From assembly GCA_018653365.1 (NCBI GenBank), contig JABIAG010000001.1, positions 448,001 to 512,000 on the forward strand: DNA of 64,000 nucleotides, written 5' to 3'. Positions within the stretch are counted from its first letter, which is position 1, and the number at the start of each line of letters is the position of its first letter. Below are positions 48,667 through 59,378 of this stretch, in pieces. The translations under genes and the position numbers were made by a program. Source of the DNA: Candidatus Woesearchaeota archaeon. Its GTDB lineage: Archaea; Nanobdellota; Nanobdellia; Woesearchaeales; JABIAG01. The notes below the pieces were generated by a model. The model was not told the DNA's origin, made no database searches, and worked only from the letters and a program-made list of their open reading frames with translations.

Positions 48667-49096
48667 AACATTAAAAATAAATGAGTTAATTATACTTGTA
48701 GTGGGATTTATTGGCTGTGTTTATGGGAGAACATTTATACAAAAGCTCTTTTTTTTGATTGAGAATGAATTATTTAAAGATATGGATTTAAATTATATTA
48801 AATATCATTATGGCCCCTATAGTACTGAATTAAGAGATGCAGTTGAAGCATTGAAGAGAAAAGAACTTATTAAAGATGTGTGCATCATAATGGATGGACA
48901 TGTGGGACACTGTTATGAGTTAACGGAAAAAGGCAAACACAAATTTACTTCTTTAGATACTAAAACTAGTCGAGTGGCATCAAAGCTTAATTCTTTTTGT
49001 GATAGATATAAAGAGTATAAACCTAGTGAGTTATTAAGATTAGTATATTCCAAATATCCGCTTTGGACAGTGAATAGTGTGCTGGTAAACAACTAA
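48659..49096 (+). CDS. YwgA / DUF4065 (SocA/Panacea-like) family protein
   Basis: GRT.IQKL.FL, Y.KYHYGPYS.EL, YELTEKG, LL..VY..YP. Confidence 0.78.
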   Translation: MNKTLKINELIILVVGFIGCVYGRTFIQKLFFLIENELFKDMDLNYIKYHYGPYSTELRDAVEALKRKELIKDVCIIMDGHVGHCYELTEKGKHKFTSLDTKTSRVASKLNSFCDRYKEYKPSELLRLVYSKYPLWTVNSVLVNN

Positions 49097-50532
49097 TTAA
49101 TTTTTTTTAATTTTTTAATAATCCAAACCATTCCTTCAGTATCTAAACCGCAATACTTTAATAGGTTTTTTCTAATTTCTTCTTTGTTTTCTAGTTTAGG
49201 CTTAATATGACTATAAAAGTATAACATACTTGCATCTGAACCATTATTAATTTCAAGTTCTGAATAACTTTTTCCAGTAATTGCAGGTAAAACTTTCTTT
49301 ATTGAGTAAGACCCTTTTTGAGATTTATTATAATAATCAAACGCTCTAAACGGATCTGCTAAATCAACAATCCTATTTATTGCTTGTTCAAGCCAATCTT
49401 TATGTTCTGGAAAATCTTCAGCTAGTTTTTTCATAACACTTATCTCAAATGATTTATTAAATACTATAATATCTCCTGTGCCTTCTAGATCTGTTTTCAT
49501 TTGATCTAATAACTTAAATCGTGGGTCTTTAGTTCCTTCTGCTAAAAACTCTTTATGCTCTATTGCACCATCTTCTTGTTCAATATGCAACGAATATTGA
49601 AAAGGCATCTTCTGATAAGGCCCAGACTTATCAAAAATAGGAACTGCAGTATCAAAAGTTTCAAAATCAAAATGAAACAAAGGATAATTCAAATCATCCA
49701 AAAACAACCTGGCCTTTTCTTTATTAACCTGAACTTTATTAGTTTTAACAGCTTCAATCATAATCTTATCCTTCTCTGAAAGCTTGGTACCCTGTGGAAT
49801 ATCCTCTAAATCTTTGATGCCCTCTTCTAATAATTTCCAATAAACTCTCCAATTAGTGAGTTGTAAAACATTATTCTCTGGAAGAGTTGCCCAACAATTT
49901 TTTTTCAAAGGACAATCATAAGGTTTATTGCAGTACATAGAAATATGCATTTCGGGGGACTTATCTTGATTAATAACATCCATAAACAATTTAGATTTTT
50001 CTTCAATATCATTAATTAAACTAACTTTTTCCGTTACTTCTTCAACAATAGCTAATTCTTTGGAGTTTATTTCACCGTTTTTTACATAGTCTTTATTTAA
50101 GTAAATTAAAAAGCATTTATTTATTTTTAATCCACATTTTTCTATTACATGTTTTTGAAATGCCAAATCAGGGATATGTGGGGGTTTAGCTTTAGAAGTT
50201 GATTTAATTTCATACAAATCCCAACCCTCTTTTGTGGGTATTATTAAGTCAGATCTTACAAATAAATCATCAATCATAAAGCTTGCTTCAAATATGGTGT
50301 TGCTTTGTTCAATTAACTGTTTTGTTTTAATTAAATTCTCTTTGAAGTCAAGCCCTTTTAGATCTTTCGCATCAGGATATAATTTCTTAACATATTCTTC
50401 AAACTCATAACCTTGACTAAACTTATGTTCATCAGAAAGAGTAATCTCAGGAAGAAGCTTTTTATTAGCATGCCATAATAACCTATGACACTGCAAACCA
50501 TTTAAGTATTTGGATTTAGTTAGTAGTGTCAT
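49093..50532 (-). CDS. DUF2779 domain protein (Cas4/RecB-like nuclease + RNase H-like domain)
   Basis: LTKSKY..GLQC...LW, D...YEIKS, DFETF, PFQYSLH, SYSIKKVLP, YC.LDT. Confidence 0.85.
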   Translation of the reverse strand: MTLLTKSKYLNGLQCHRLLWHANKKLLPEITLSDEHKFSQGYEFEEYVKKLYPDAKDLKGLDFKENLIKTKQLIEQSNTIFEASFMIDDLFVRSDLIIPTKEGWDLYEIKSTSKAKPPHIPDLAFQKHVIEKCGLKINKCFLIYLNKDYVKNGEINSKELAIVEEVTEKVSLINDIEEKSKLFMDVINQDKSPEMHISMYCNKPYDCPLKKNCWATLPENNVLQLTNWRVYWKLLEEGIKDLEDIPQGTKLSEKDKIMIEAVKTNKVQVNKEKARLFLDDLNYPLFHFDFETFDTAVPIFDKSGPYQKMPFQYSLHIEQEDGAIEHKEFLAEGTKDPRFKLLDQMKTDLEGTGDIIVFNKSFEISVMKKLAEDFPEHKDWLEQAINRIVDLADPFRAFDYYNKSQKGSYSIKKVLPAITGKSYSELEINNGSDASMLYFYSHIKPKLENKEEIRKNLLKYCGLDTEGMVWIIKKLKKIN

Positions 50533-50538
50533 TTTGAT

Positions 50539-50862
50539 TTATCGAAGTCTTTTCTTCATATGTTCAGCTGCTTGCTTTTCAGCTTCTGCTGTTGCTATTT
50601 TTGCTGCTTTTTGTGCTTCTGCAACTTCACCTTTTGGACTTATTGAAAGATTTACTTTTTGAACTTGTTCAGCCTCAACTTTTGCACCAAAATTAACTAT
50701 CTGAATATCTAATCCTCCGCCAACTTTTCCTTTTACTACGGCGGACAATTCTAATTTAATAGGTTCGGATAGTTCCCAATCAGCCCCCAATCCTTCAACA
50801 GTCGATTCTTTTGTTTTCTTAATAAAATCTGCCAAAGAAGTTTCAACTTTATCTTCACTCAT
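50539..50862 (-). CDS. Trypco2-like small protein
   Basis: SLADFI...IKLELSAVV....GGGL.I.IV..G......VQKVNLSI.P; ATGA overlap with hsdM. Confidence 0.55.
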   Translation of the reverse strand: MSEDKVETSLADFIKKTKESTVEGLGADWELSEPIKLELSAVVKGKVGGGLDIQIVNFGAKVEAEQVQKVNLSISPKGEVAEAQKAAKIATAEAEKQAAEHMKKRLR

Positions 50863-52358
50863 TTTTCATCTCCACTTAAATCATCAGAAATTGATTTTAA
50901 CTCTTCCAATGCACTTTCCAAGTCATCAACTAACTCTTGTGCAATTATGTTTGGTTCTGGAAGATTATCCAAGTCATCTAAACTCTTATCTTTAATCCAG
51001 AATAAGTCTAGATTCGTTTTATCTCGTTTTAGAATTTCTTCATAAGTATATTTTCTCCATCTTGCGTCTGGACTTTCTTTCGAATAAAGTTCTTTTCTTT
51101 CGTGTCTGTTATCTGGATTGTAACATTCAATAAATTCTTTTAAGTCATTATATTTAAATGGATTTTCTTTTGGTGTAAAGTGCATATTCGTTCTTAAATC
51201 ATAGAACCATATTTCTTTTGTTTGTGCATCTGGAGATGCTCCTTTCTTTTCAAAGAATAGAACATTTGCCTTTACTCCTGGTTTATAAAATATTCCTGTT
51301 GGTAATCGCAAAATAGTATGTAAATCACAAGTTTCCATAATCTTCTTTCTTACTGTTTCAGAACCTCCTCCTTCAAATAATACATTATCTGGAAGAACAA
51401 CGGCGGCGACACCCTTTATTTTTAGAATGCTTCTAATGTGTTGTAAAAAGTTTATTTGCTTGTTACTTGAAGTTACCCAAAAATCATCTCGTAAGACATT
51501 CAAGTCTTTTGTTTTCGCTTCACCTTCATCTGTAACGAATTTTTCAGAAGACTTTTTCCCAAAAGGTGGATTTGTTAAAACCATATCAAATATCGGACCA
51601 GGATTTTCTTTTAATGCGTCAGATCCTGCATCAATAGGACTTTCATCACTTGCAAGTCCGTGAAGATAAATGTTCATAACGCAAAGACGTGCAGCCATAG
51701 GTACAATTTCGACACCAGAAAAGCTTCCTGACTTTAATTTAATTAGTTGATCTCTATCTAATTTATAATGTTTCAATATAAAATTATAAGCAGAAAGTAA
51801 GAATCCTCCAGTTCCACAACAAGGGTCGTGAATTTTGTATGTTTCTTTTCCAGGAGGTTGTGGTTTCATAACTTTAACCATTGCATCAATTAACGGTCTT
51901 GGAGTGAAATACTGTCCAGCTCCACCTTTAACATCAGAAGCATTCTTTTCTAAAAGTCCTTCATAAGCATCTCCTTTTGTATCTGTATCGAGAGAAAGCC
52001 AGTTTTCTTTTGCAATAAGTTCTACAATGAGTTTTTTTAGTTTAGCAGGATCTTGAATTTTATTTTGCGATTTTCTAAATATAACTCCTACAATTCCTTT
52101 TTCTTTTCCAAGAGAATTCAGCGTTTTTAGATATTGTTGTTCTAATTCAACACCATCTTTGCTCAATAAAGTTTCCCAATTATATTCATTTGGAATCTTT
52201 GATTTTTTATTGAAGGGAGGTTTTGTTCGTTCGTCGTCCATCTTTAAGAAAAGAAGAAATGTTAATTGTTCTACATAATCACCATAAGATAAACCATCAT
52301 CTCGTAGAATACCACAATAATTCCATAATTTATTTACTATTTGTTTTGGATCAGTCAT
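50859..52358 (-). CDS. hsdM: Type I restriction-modification methyltransferase subunit M
   Basis: KLW..C..LRDDG, GQYFTPR, DPCCGTGGFL, TNPPF, LPTGIFY. Confidence 0.96.
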   Translation of the reverse strand: MTDPKQIVNKLWNYCGILRDDGLSYGDYVEQLTFLLFLKMDDERTKPPFNKKSKIPNEYNWETLLSKDGVELEQQYLKTLNSLGKEKGIVGVIFRKSQNKIQDPAKLKKLIVELIAKENWLSLDTDTKGDAYEGLLEKNASDVKGGAGQYFTPRPLIDAMVKVMKPQPPGKETYKIHDPCCGTGGFLLSAYNFILKHYKLDRDQLIKLKSGSFSGVEIVPMAARLCVMNIYLHGLASDESPIDAGSDALKENPGPIFDMVLTNPPFGKKSSEKFVTDEGEAKTKDLNVLRDDFWVTSSNKQINFLQHIRSILKIKGVAAVVLPDNVLFEGGGSETVRKKIMETCDLHTILRLPTGIFYKPGVKANVLFFEKKGASPDAQTKEIWFYDLRTNMHFTPKENPFKYNDLKEFIECYNPDNRHERKELYSKESPDARWRKYTYEEILKRDKTNLDLFWIKDKSLDDLDNLPEPNIIAQELVDDLESALEELKSISDDLSGDEK

Positions 52359-53571
52359 TATTATTATATCTCACTAACTTGCCATCAAAGGCAGATTTTA
52401 AAATTGATTTTCGAAAAGTTTCAACTTTAAGTAAAGATGCATTAACAGTTTCTTCGAGTTTATCTATAACTGAAAATTGAATCTCTATTTCTTGAACGAC
52501 TTGTTCTCGAACCGAACTATCTGGTGTGGGAAATATCATGTTTGTAAGTATATTTAAGTTGATATTCTTTTGAGCAGTTGCAGATGCTTTATTATCCAAA
52601 ATTTGTTGAACAAAGTCTAAATAATATTTAACAAATAAAGTTGTGTATTTATCTTTTGAACAAAATCCTACAACGCTGTCGGGAAAACACGCATCAATAT
52701 CTAATACTGCGGTTTTTGCAATGTTTGCTGCAATAGTTATACAAAGAGTTCCTTTTGACCATAGTTTACTTTGTTTTAAACCTATTTCATTGTATGTTTT
52801 AGAATAGTTATTTAACTTCCCCCCATTTGCACGTGATATTTCTCCGGTTTGAACAAAAGGATATTTGCCGTTAAATAAAACAGGATCATTTCTTGGTCTG
52901 TGTTTTGATTTTCCCCTCCCAAAAGTTCCTAAACTTGATAATGGCCCCGTATCCCAATTTAATGGTATTTTCAATATAAAATTGAATAAATTTATTTCTT
53001 GAAATTCTTCTTTTGAAAACCTACCTCCCTCGAAAGATGATCTTAAAATACTTTTTCTATAAATTTCAAGTTTTTTCTTAATTGTTTGCAAACTCTTAAT
53101 GGCAGAATCTAATCTTGTAAATTGTATTTCAATCTCCCCAACAAGATGTTTTTGCTTTGGTAAATCAATCTTTTTATTTTTATTTATGGGAAATATAAAA
53201 TCAAGATTTTGATATACTGATATATAATATCGTTTGTGCGTACTTGAATTTATTTGTTTAGAAGCCATTTGATAATAAACATATTTTATAGATACATCCG
53301 TTCGTTTTAATTTTAATATTTTCATTGCACTTGACTTTACTTTGAAAGGAAAATCAACAAACTTTAAATTAGTTGTAAAATCATCAAAAATAATAACTGG
53401 CACATTTTCATAAATACCTTCTGTGTCGTCTGTATACCCTTTGATAAATCCTTTATTAGCAGTTAAAACGGGTATGTTTGTTTTCTCTTTTTTTATTGGA
53501 CTTGTAACTATAAATGGGTTTGGCTGGTCATAATCCAAGACTTCTTTTAATTTTAAAGTTTCACATTCCAT
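52351..53571 (-). CDS. hsdS: Type I restriction-modification specificity subunit S
   Basis: Two TRDs, each followed by a conserved helical spacer (Q..LV.EIE.QF..LD; RKSIL.S.F.G). Confidence 0.92.
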   Translation of the reverse strand: MECETLKLKEVLDYDQPNPFIVTSPIKKEKTNIPVLTANKGFIKGYTDDTEGIYENVPVIIFDDFTTNLKFVDFPFKVKSSAMKILKLKRTDVSIKYVYYQMASKQINSSTHKRYYISVYQNLDFIFPINKNKKIDLPKQKHLVGEIEIQFTRLDSAIKSLQTIKKKLEIYRKSILRSSFEGGRFSKEEFQEINLFNFILKIPLNWDTGPLSSLGTFGRGKSKHRPRNDPVLFNGKYPFVQTGEISRANGGKLNNYSKTYNEIGLKQSKLWSKGTLCITIAANIAKTAVLDIDACFPDSVVGFCSKDKYTTLFVKYYLDFVQQILDNKASATAQKNINLNILTNMIFPTPDSSVREQVVQEIEIQFSVIDKLEETVNASLLKVETFRKSILKSAFDGKLVRYNNND

Positions 53572-53575
53572 ATCT

Positions 53576-56335
53576 TCACACACTCAACTCATTTAGTTCT
53601 TCGATTATTCCATTCAATCTGTCTCCAAAGACTTGATGTGCTTTTCCAAGCCCACCCATTTGGGCAAGTGTTCCTAATTCAAAGTCGTCTGTTGTGATTT
53701 CAACTGATTCTGAAATGTGTTCTTTGATTTTTTCAAGCCAGTTCAATTGTTCTTGACTAAATGAAACTCCCATTGCTTTTTGTTTAGAAAGCCAGTTTGA
53801 AAACCTTTCATTAACTGTTACAACATATGGTTCTAATGTTTCATCTTTACCAAGTTCAAATCTTAATAATGATACGAAATCTACTGGTTTTCCTTTTGCT
53901 GAACCGTGGACTTTTCCATCTTCTAATTGTTTGTAAGCACTCCATAGTTTTGGAGATGTTAAACTATAAGGGGGTGTTCTAATCTTTTCAACCATTTCTT
54001 TAAGGTCAGAATACTTCAAATTCTTATTATTGTAGAATGCTTGGATAATGGTTAGTTCATCTTTGTTTTCTTCAATAAACTTCTCAAACGATTGAATAGT
54101 TTGTTTCGCCTTCTCTGTCGATTCTTCTGAGAAACCTGTTTCTAAGACTTCATCAACTGAAACGTTATCAATTATTACTTCTGTTTCTTTCTTAATCTCT
54201 GGAAGTCTTGTTAGTAGTTCTCCGTGATTTAAGAATTCTGTAATTGCAACATTTCTGGATTCTGCACAAACTTCATTTAATTGATCTGTTGTAACGTCAT
54301 CTCCAAACTTTTCTCTTGCTTTTGTAAGATTATTATCCGGGTTGATTGCTTCAACAAATAACTTTGCAAAGAATTTCAAGTCTGCTCCGCCTGATAATTT
54401 TTCTATCTCTGCTTTTTGTGTGTCATTTAGTTTCTTTTGTAATCGAGATAATCTGCTTGCCATTGAAGACAAGTCTTCATCTGTTGGGTCGCCATATCTG
54501 ATATTTTGTAATAATTTTTCAAATGAAACTCCAAGTTTTTGTTCTAATGGCTTACTTTCTGATAACTCGTGATCTGCATCTGTGACACCAACTGCATCTA
54601 CAATTATGAAATGGTCTTTTGCCATTGCATCAGGAGTTACAGCCTTAAAGTCATCATTGGGTATTACTCGGACTCCTCGTCCTTTCATCTGCTCAAAATA
54701 ATTGCTGCTGTGAATATCTCTCATAAAGAATACTACTTCCAATGGTTTAATGTCCGTTCCTGTTGCAATCATATCAACTGTAACAGCAATTCGTGGGTAG
54801 AAACTATTTCTAAATTGTTGAATTAAATTCTTTGGAGTTTCTCCTTCTGTTTTGTAAGTGATTTTAACAGCAAACTTATTTGATTCTCCAAATTCTTCTC
54901 TAACTATTTGAACTATTTCTTCTGCGTGATTATCATCTTTTGCAAAAATAAGAGTTTTAGGCATTACTGTTCTACCTGGAAATATTTCTGTGAATAATTT
55001 GTCCTTGAAAGTTCTAACGATGGTTCTAATTTGATTGGTTGCAACTACTGACCTATCTAGTTTTGAACTATCATAGACTTCTGCTTCTTCAAGTGTTTCC
55101 CATCGTTTTCTTCTGGTTCTTTTATCTCTTTTTTGAATAACAGTTCCAGCATCAATAGTAGAACCATCTTCTGTAATTTTAGTTTTAATTCTATACACAC
55201 CAAAATCAACATTTACTCCATCTGCAACTGCTGCTTCGTGTCCATACTCCATAACCATATTTTGATTAAAGAACCCGATAGTGTGCATTGATGGTGTTGC
55301 TGTAAGTCCAAGTAAGAAGGAATCAAAATAATCTAATACTTGTTTCCATTGGTTATAGATTGAACGATGGCACTCATCAACAATAACTATGTCAAATTCT
55401 TCGATAGGAATCTTTTCATTATATTCAACTTTTTTCATTTCGTCAGGACCTGTTTCAAAACCAGACCTTTCTTCTGCTGATTCGTCAAGTTCTTCTCCTC
55501 GAAGCATAGAATAAACTCTTTGTATAGTTGAAATACATACTTTACTTGAACTATCAATAAAGTTACTTGTTAATCTTTGAACGCCATATATTTCTGTAAA
55601 TTTACGACCATCATCTGGTGTTGTGAATTTTTGGAATTCTGTTTCTGTTTGTTCTCCTAAATTTCCTCTATCTACGAGGAATAATATTCTTTTTGCTTTG
55701 GCATTTTTTAGAAGCCTGTAACAAATATTAACTGCTGTGTAAGTTTTACCGCTTCCAGTTGCCATTTGAAGCAATGATTTTGGTTTCCATAAAGCGAGAG
55801 AACTTTCTGTATTGATAATTGCTATTTTTTGGGCAGGCCAAAGAGTATCATTATTTAATTCATGAGTTGTTGATAACCGTTTCCTAAAAGTTTCACGACC
55901 TTCTTCAAGCCAGTTCTCACAAGTTTCCGGTCTATGAAAACTAAATACTGCTCTACTTTGAGGTTTTGGATCCCAAAGATTTGTAAAATGAGTTTCCGAA
56001 CCTGATGTTTCATATACAAAAGGGAGAGGTAATGGGACACTTTTGAATTGTTCTGGAAACCCTTCAGCATATCTGCTTGACTGGATTTCCTTTCCAGTTA
56101 ATGTTTCGCCTTCTTTTTTAGCTTCAATAATTCCACAAGCAATGCCATTTACAAATAGAACATAATCTGCTTCGCCAACACCTTGTCCCATATGAAAGTA
56201 TTCTACCGCTATGCCTTTCGCGGCCCTTATGTTGGCATTTTTAAAATCTTGAATAATCCAACCTGCTTTTTTTAGCATTGGATTAATAACTTTATGGCGC
56301 GCTTTATCTTCGGGAGTATGGATATATTCAGTCAT
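53576..56335 (-). CDS. hsdR: Type I restriction endonuclease subunit R (EcoAI/EcoEI-like)
   Basis: ADY.L...IEAKK nuclease motif, ATGSGKT, DECHRS, TATP, QMKGRG.R. Confidence 0.95.
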   Translation of the reverse strand: MTEYIHTPEDKARHKVINPMLKKAGWIIQDFKNANIRAAKGIAVEYFHMGQGVGEADYVLFVNGIACGIIEAKKEGETLTGKEIQSSRYAEGFPEQFKSVPLPLPFVYETSGSETHFTNLWDPKPQSRAVFSFHRPETCENWLEEGRETFRKRLSTTHELNNDTLWPAQKIAIINTESSLALWKPKSLLQMATGSGKTYTAVNICYRLLKNAKAKRILFLVDRGNLGEQTETEFQKFTTPDDGRKFTEIYGVQRLTSNFIDSSSKVCISTIQRVYSMLRGEELDESAEERSGFETGPDEMKKVEYNEKIPIEEFDIVIVDECHRSIYNQWKQVLDYFDSFLLGLTATPSMHTIGFFNQNMVMEYGHEAAVADGVNVDFGVYRIKTKITEDGSTIDAGTVIQKRDKRTRRKRWETLEEAEVYDSSKLDRSVVATNQIRTIVRTFKDKLFTEIFPGRTVMPKTLIFAKDDNHAEEIVQIVREEFGESNKFAVKITYKTEGETPKNLIQQFRNSFYPRIAVTVDMIATGTDIKPLEVVFFMRDIHSSNYFEQMKGRGVRVIPNDDFKAVTPDAMAKDHFIIVDAVGVTDADHELSESKPLEQKLGVSFEKLLQNIRYGDPTDEDLSSMASRLSRLQKKLNDTQKAEIEKLSGGADLKFFAKLFVEAINPDNNLTKAREKFGDDVTTDQLNEVCAESRNVAITEFLNHGELLTRLPEIKKETEVIIDNVSVDEVLETGFSEESTEKAKQTIQSFEKFIEENKDELTIIQAFYNNKNLKYSDLKEMVEKIRTPPYSLTSPKLWSAYKQLEDGKVHGSAKGKPVDFVSLLRFELGKDETLEPYVVTVNERFSNWLSKQKAMGVSFSQEQLNWLEKIKEHISESVEITTDDFELGTLAQMGGLGKAHQVFGDRLNGIIEELNELSV

Positions 56336-56553
56336 CTTGATTGGCCTTTAATTGTTTTTTTCATATAAATTTTAAATTGTTTATAATTTAATATTGTGTG
56401 TGTTTTCAAATTTTATTCATAATTAACCATTTTGTGACCTGTGATGAATATTAATCCTTGAGATTTATAAATATTTACTGTTTTTAGCGTTTCGTTCTTC
56501 TTCCGTAGTTTTTGTTAAACTGCTATAAATAAAACCATAATATTTCTTAATTC

Positions 56554-57624
56554 ATGAAAAAATGCAGAGCTTGCGATAAAGAACTTGAAAAAAACGAATT
56601 TGATTTTTGTTCTACTTGTTTAAAATTTCATGATAAGAACTACAATAAACAAAAGAAAAAAGAGCTTTATAACAAATATGAAGAAATTCATAAACCAAAA
56701 GTAATAGATTTATTTGCAGGTTGTGGAGGATTAAGTTACGGATTTCACAGTGCAGGTTTTAATGTTGTTGGATTCATAGAAAAATGCAAGACAGCAATTG
56801 ACACTTTTAAAAAGAACTTTCCTAATGCCATTCATATAGGAACAGATATTAAACAAGTAAAAAACTCAGAACTTCTAAAATACAAAAACAAAATTGACAT
56901 AATTACTGGAGGACCGCCATGTCAAGGGTTTAGTTTTTGCGGAAAAAGAAATCCAAAAGATAAAAGAAATCAGTTATACAAAGAATTCATAAGAATAATT
57001 TCTATAATCAACCCCAAAATTGTTGTTATTGAAAACGTTCCAGGAATAAAGAGTATGAAAGACCTGGATAAAAGAAGCATTCTCGATAAAATACTTAAAG
57101 AATTAATAAGTTTAGACTATTCTGTAAGCCATAAACTTCTTGTTGCTTCAGATTTTCAAGTTCCACAAAACCGAAAAAGGTTAATCATAATAGCAAAGAA
57201 AAATGAATTCTTCCCAGAACCTTCAAAAAATAAGGTAACTGTTATTGAAGCAATAAAAGATCTGCCAAAAGAAGGATCTGATTTAAATGGACATGTTTTA
57301 TTTCAAACAACACAAAAAGTAATCGAAAAGATAAAAAACACCAAACAAGGTGGCAAACTTTCTGACAAATACAACTTTTGCAGACAAAGATTATATGCTA
57401 ACAAACCTTCAAAAACAATAACAACAGAACCCATATTCATTCATCCAGTACATGACAGATTCTTAACACCAAGAGAACTAGCAAGACTCCAAAGCTTTCC
57501 AGATTCTTTTGTATTTATGGGAACTAAAACTTCGATACTTAAACAAATTGGAAATGCGGTTCCACCAAAACTTGCTTTTGCAATTGCTCAAAAGATAAGA
57601 GAGGTTCTAGAAAATGATAACTAA
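56554..57624 (+). CDS. dcm: C5-cytosine DNA methyltransferase with N-terminal Zn-finger
   Basis: CRAC...CSTC extension; DLFAGCGG, GGPPCQGFS, ENV, QNRKR, RE.ARLQSFPD, QIGNAVPP. Confidence 0.95.
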   Translation: MKKCRACDKELEKNEFDFCSTCLKFHDKNYNKQKKKELYNKYEEIHKPKVIDLFAGCGGLSYGFHSAGFNVVGFIEKCKTAIDTFKKNFPNAIHIGTDIKQVKNSELLKYKNKIDIITGGPPCQGFSFCGKRNPKDKRNQLYKEFIRIISIINPKIVVIENVPGIKSMKDLDKRSILDKILKELISLDYSVSHKLLVASDFQVPQNRKRLIIIAKKNEFFPEPSKNKVTVIEAIKDLPKEGSDLNGHVLFQTTQKVIEKIKNTKQGGKLSDKYNFCRQRLYANKPSKTITTEPIFIHPVHDRFLTPRELARLQSFPDSFVFMGTKTSILKQIGNAVPPKLAFAIAQKIREVLENDN

Positions 57625-57916
57625 AGAAACCTTTGTTGTTTTCGTATTCTTTGTAATAATCTTTCCCTTAAGTGCGGCGCTATGGTACAAATCTGGAGTG
57701 AATTTTGCAGAATTGTTAATCGTGTATGCAATTAATACTGCCATAATTCTTCTCTACATTAGCGTCGCACTTATCACCCATAAATTACGATTAAAAAAAC
57801 AAAAACCATTGATTGAACCAGAATATGATGAGTTTGAGGACGAATTAGAATGTGAAGATAAAGAATTTGAGGGTTTTCGCAATCTTTTCTGTAATGCAGA
57901 AGGAGGAAAAAAATGA
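57614..57916 (+). CDS. two-TM membrane protein with acidic tail
   Basis: GAGGT RBS; overlaps dcm stop. Confidence 0.65.
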   Translation: MITKETFVVFVFFVIIFPLSAALWYKSGVNFAELLIVYAINTAIILLYISVALITHKLRLKKQKPLIEPEYDEFEDELECEDKEFEGFRNLFCNAEGGKK

Positions 57917-58362
57917 ATGAACAAAAACCTGAAGAAAGTTTGAGTTTTAGTAGAACGTTTCAACCAGAAGATCTTGATGTAATGGTTGATAGAACTTTAG
58001 CATTATTTGACACTGGCGATTTACAAGAAAGTAATGAGTTAGCAGTTTACAATATGCATAACCTTTTGCAAAATGTAGCAGAATACGCAAAAAGTGTTAG
58101 TAGAAAACTATCTGGAAGAGAAATAACCTTAATGCAAAACTCAGCAGGAGTAATGGTAACATTAGCTGAAAAAGCAAGAGAAGTACAAACACCACAAGAC
58201 TATTTGAGAGGAGTGGCCGAACTAATGGATGAAAGCGTTGTAGGAACAAATCATGCAAGAAACAGTATAAACTTACAACAAGGAAGCCTGGGAGAATATC
58301 GGTTTTCTACAGATGTGAGAGAACAAGTTGAAGGAATGAAAGCCCAAGGTGTGTTAGAATGA
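57913..58362 (+). CDS. hypothetical protein
   Basis: GGAGG RBS; ATGA overlap. Confidence 0.65.
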   Translation: MNEQKPEESLSFSRTFQPEDLDVMVDRTLALFDTGDLQESNELAVYNMHNLLQNVAEYAKSVSRKLSGREITLMQNSAGVMVTLAEKAREVQTPQDYLRGVAELMDESVVGTNHARNSINLQQGSLGEYRFSTDVREQVEGMKAQGVLE

Positions 58363-59378
58363 AAGACGCAAGACAAGAAGCAGATGAGCTTCTTGAACAA
58401 TTTTCCCATAGGTTAAAGCAATATACTGCTAAAGACAACATTACCGTAGATGATTGTGATGATTTTATGGCTGATGTTGGCAAGTTTGGTATTGCTATAA
58501 CCTCATTGTTAAAAGATTTAGGGTTTAGTAATGGACAAATAAATGATTTTAAATCAGAACATTTAGATGATTTGCTAAGGTCTAGTGATGTAAGTTATGA
58601 CCAAGTTGTAAATGATCCAAGATTTAGAAACCTTTTTTTTGGTGAAAAAATAAGACCTGGAAGTCATAAATTACTTACAACACTAACAAGTTTAGTTTTA
58701 GGTAGTTCATTATTAACAAATGTCCTACTTTACAATAGACTACCTCAAGAAACAATAGGAAAAACACGCACTGAATATAAAACAGTTTATCTAAACCCCT
58801 TTCAATCACGACTTTTTGACACAGTTTATCGACTCAGCAGTAAACAAATAAGAAGACGACCTTTTGTTTCTCGTGGAGATTGGAATCAACAAGTAAAAAG
58901 TTATGCAAATTTTCTCTTTGATAAACCACAAGAAAAAGACCTTGAAATTGTAGATAAAATACTGCGTAATTATGTAAAAAACAGGTTAAAAGGCGAAGAA
59001 TCAGAACAAAGCTTAGATGAAGTTATTGATTCATATGGTGGAGAAACACTTACTGCCAACTATGTTTTTGATCAAAGATCTGATTGGACAACTTACATGA
59101 AACATATGGAAGTTCAAAGATTAAAAGAAAAATTAGAAGATTACCTTGATACGGAAGGAGAATTGAAACTTAGAGGACATTGGCGAACAGCGGTCTGGAA
59201 GTTTTCAGAAAAGTTTTATGACGATTATTACCTTGATGCCAATAAACGGTTAGAAGTAACCGACCTTCTTTTACGTGAATTACATGGAAGCTACCAACAT
59301 GAAAAAATAACTATGGTCCCAGCAACCATTTGGTTAGGTCAAGGATTCGTAATCAAATATTCTGGAGGTAAACAATGA
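58359..59378 (+). CDS. hypothetical protein (one central hydrophobic segment)
   Basis: 339 aa; ATGA overlaps at both ends. Confidence 0.65.
   Translation: MKDARQEADELLEQFSHRLKQYTAKDNITVDDCDDFMADVGKFGIAITSLLKDLGFSNGQINDFKSEHLDDLLRSSDVSYDQVVNDPRFRNLFFGEKIRPGSHKLLTTLTSLVLGSSLLTNVLLYNRLPQETIGKTRTEYKTVYLNPFQSRLFDTVYRLSSKQIRRRPFVSRGDWNQQVKSYANFLFDKPQEKDLEIVDKILRNYVKNRLKGEESEQSLDEVIDSYGGETLTANYVFDQRSDWTTYMKHMEVQRLKEKLEDYLDTEGELKLRGHWRTAVWKFSEKFYDDYYLDANKRLEVTDLLLRELHGSYQHEKITMVPATIWLGQGFVIKYSGGKQ

Noticed and set aside
49093-50532. Cas4-like motifs as evidence of CRISPR-Cas
   Set aside because: The architecture is DUF2779, and no array or other cas gene is in the window.
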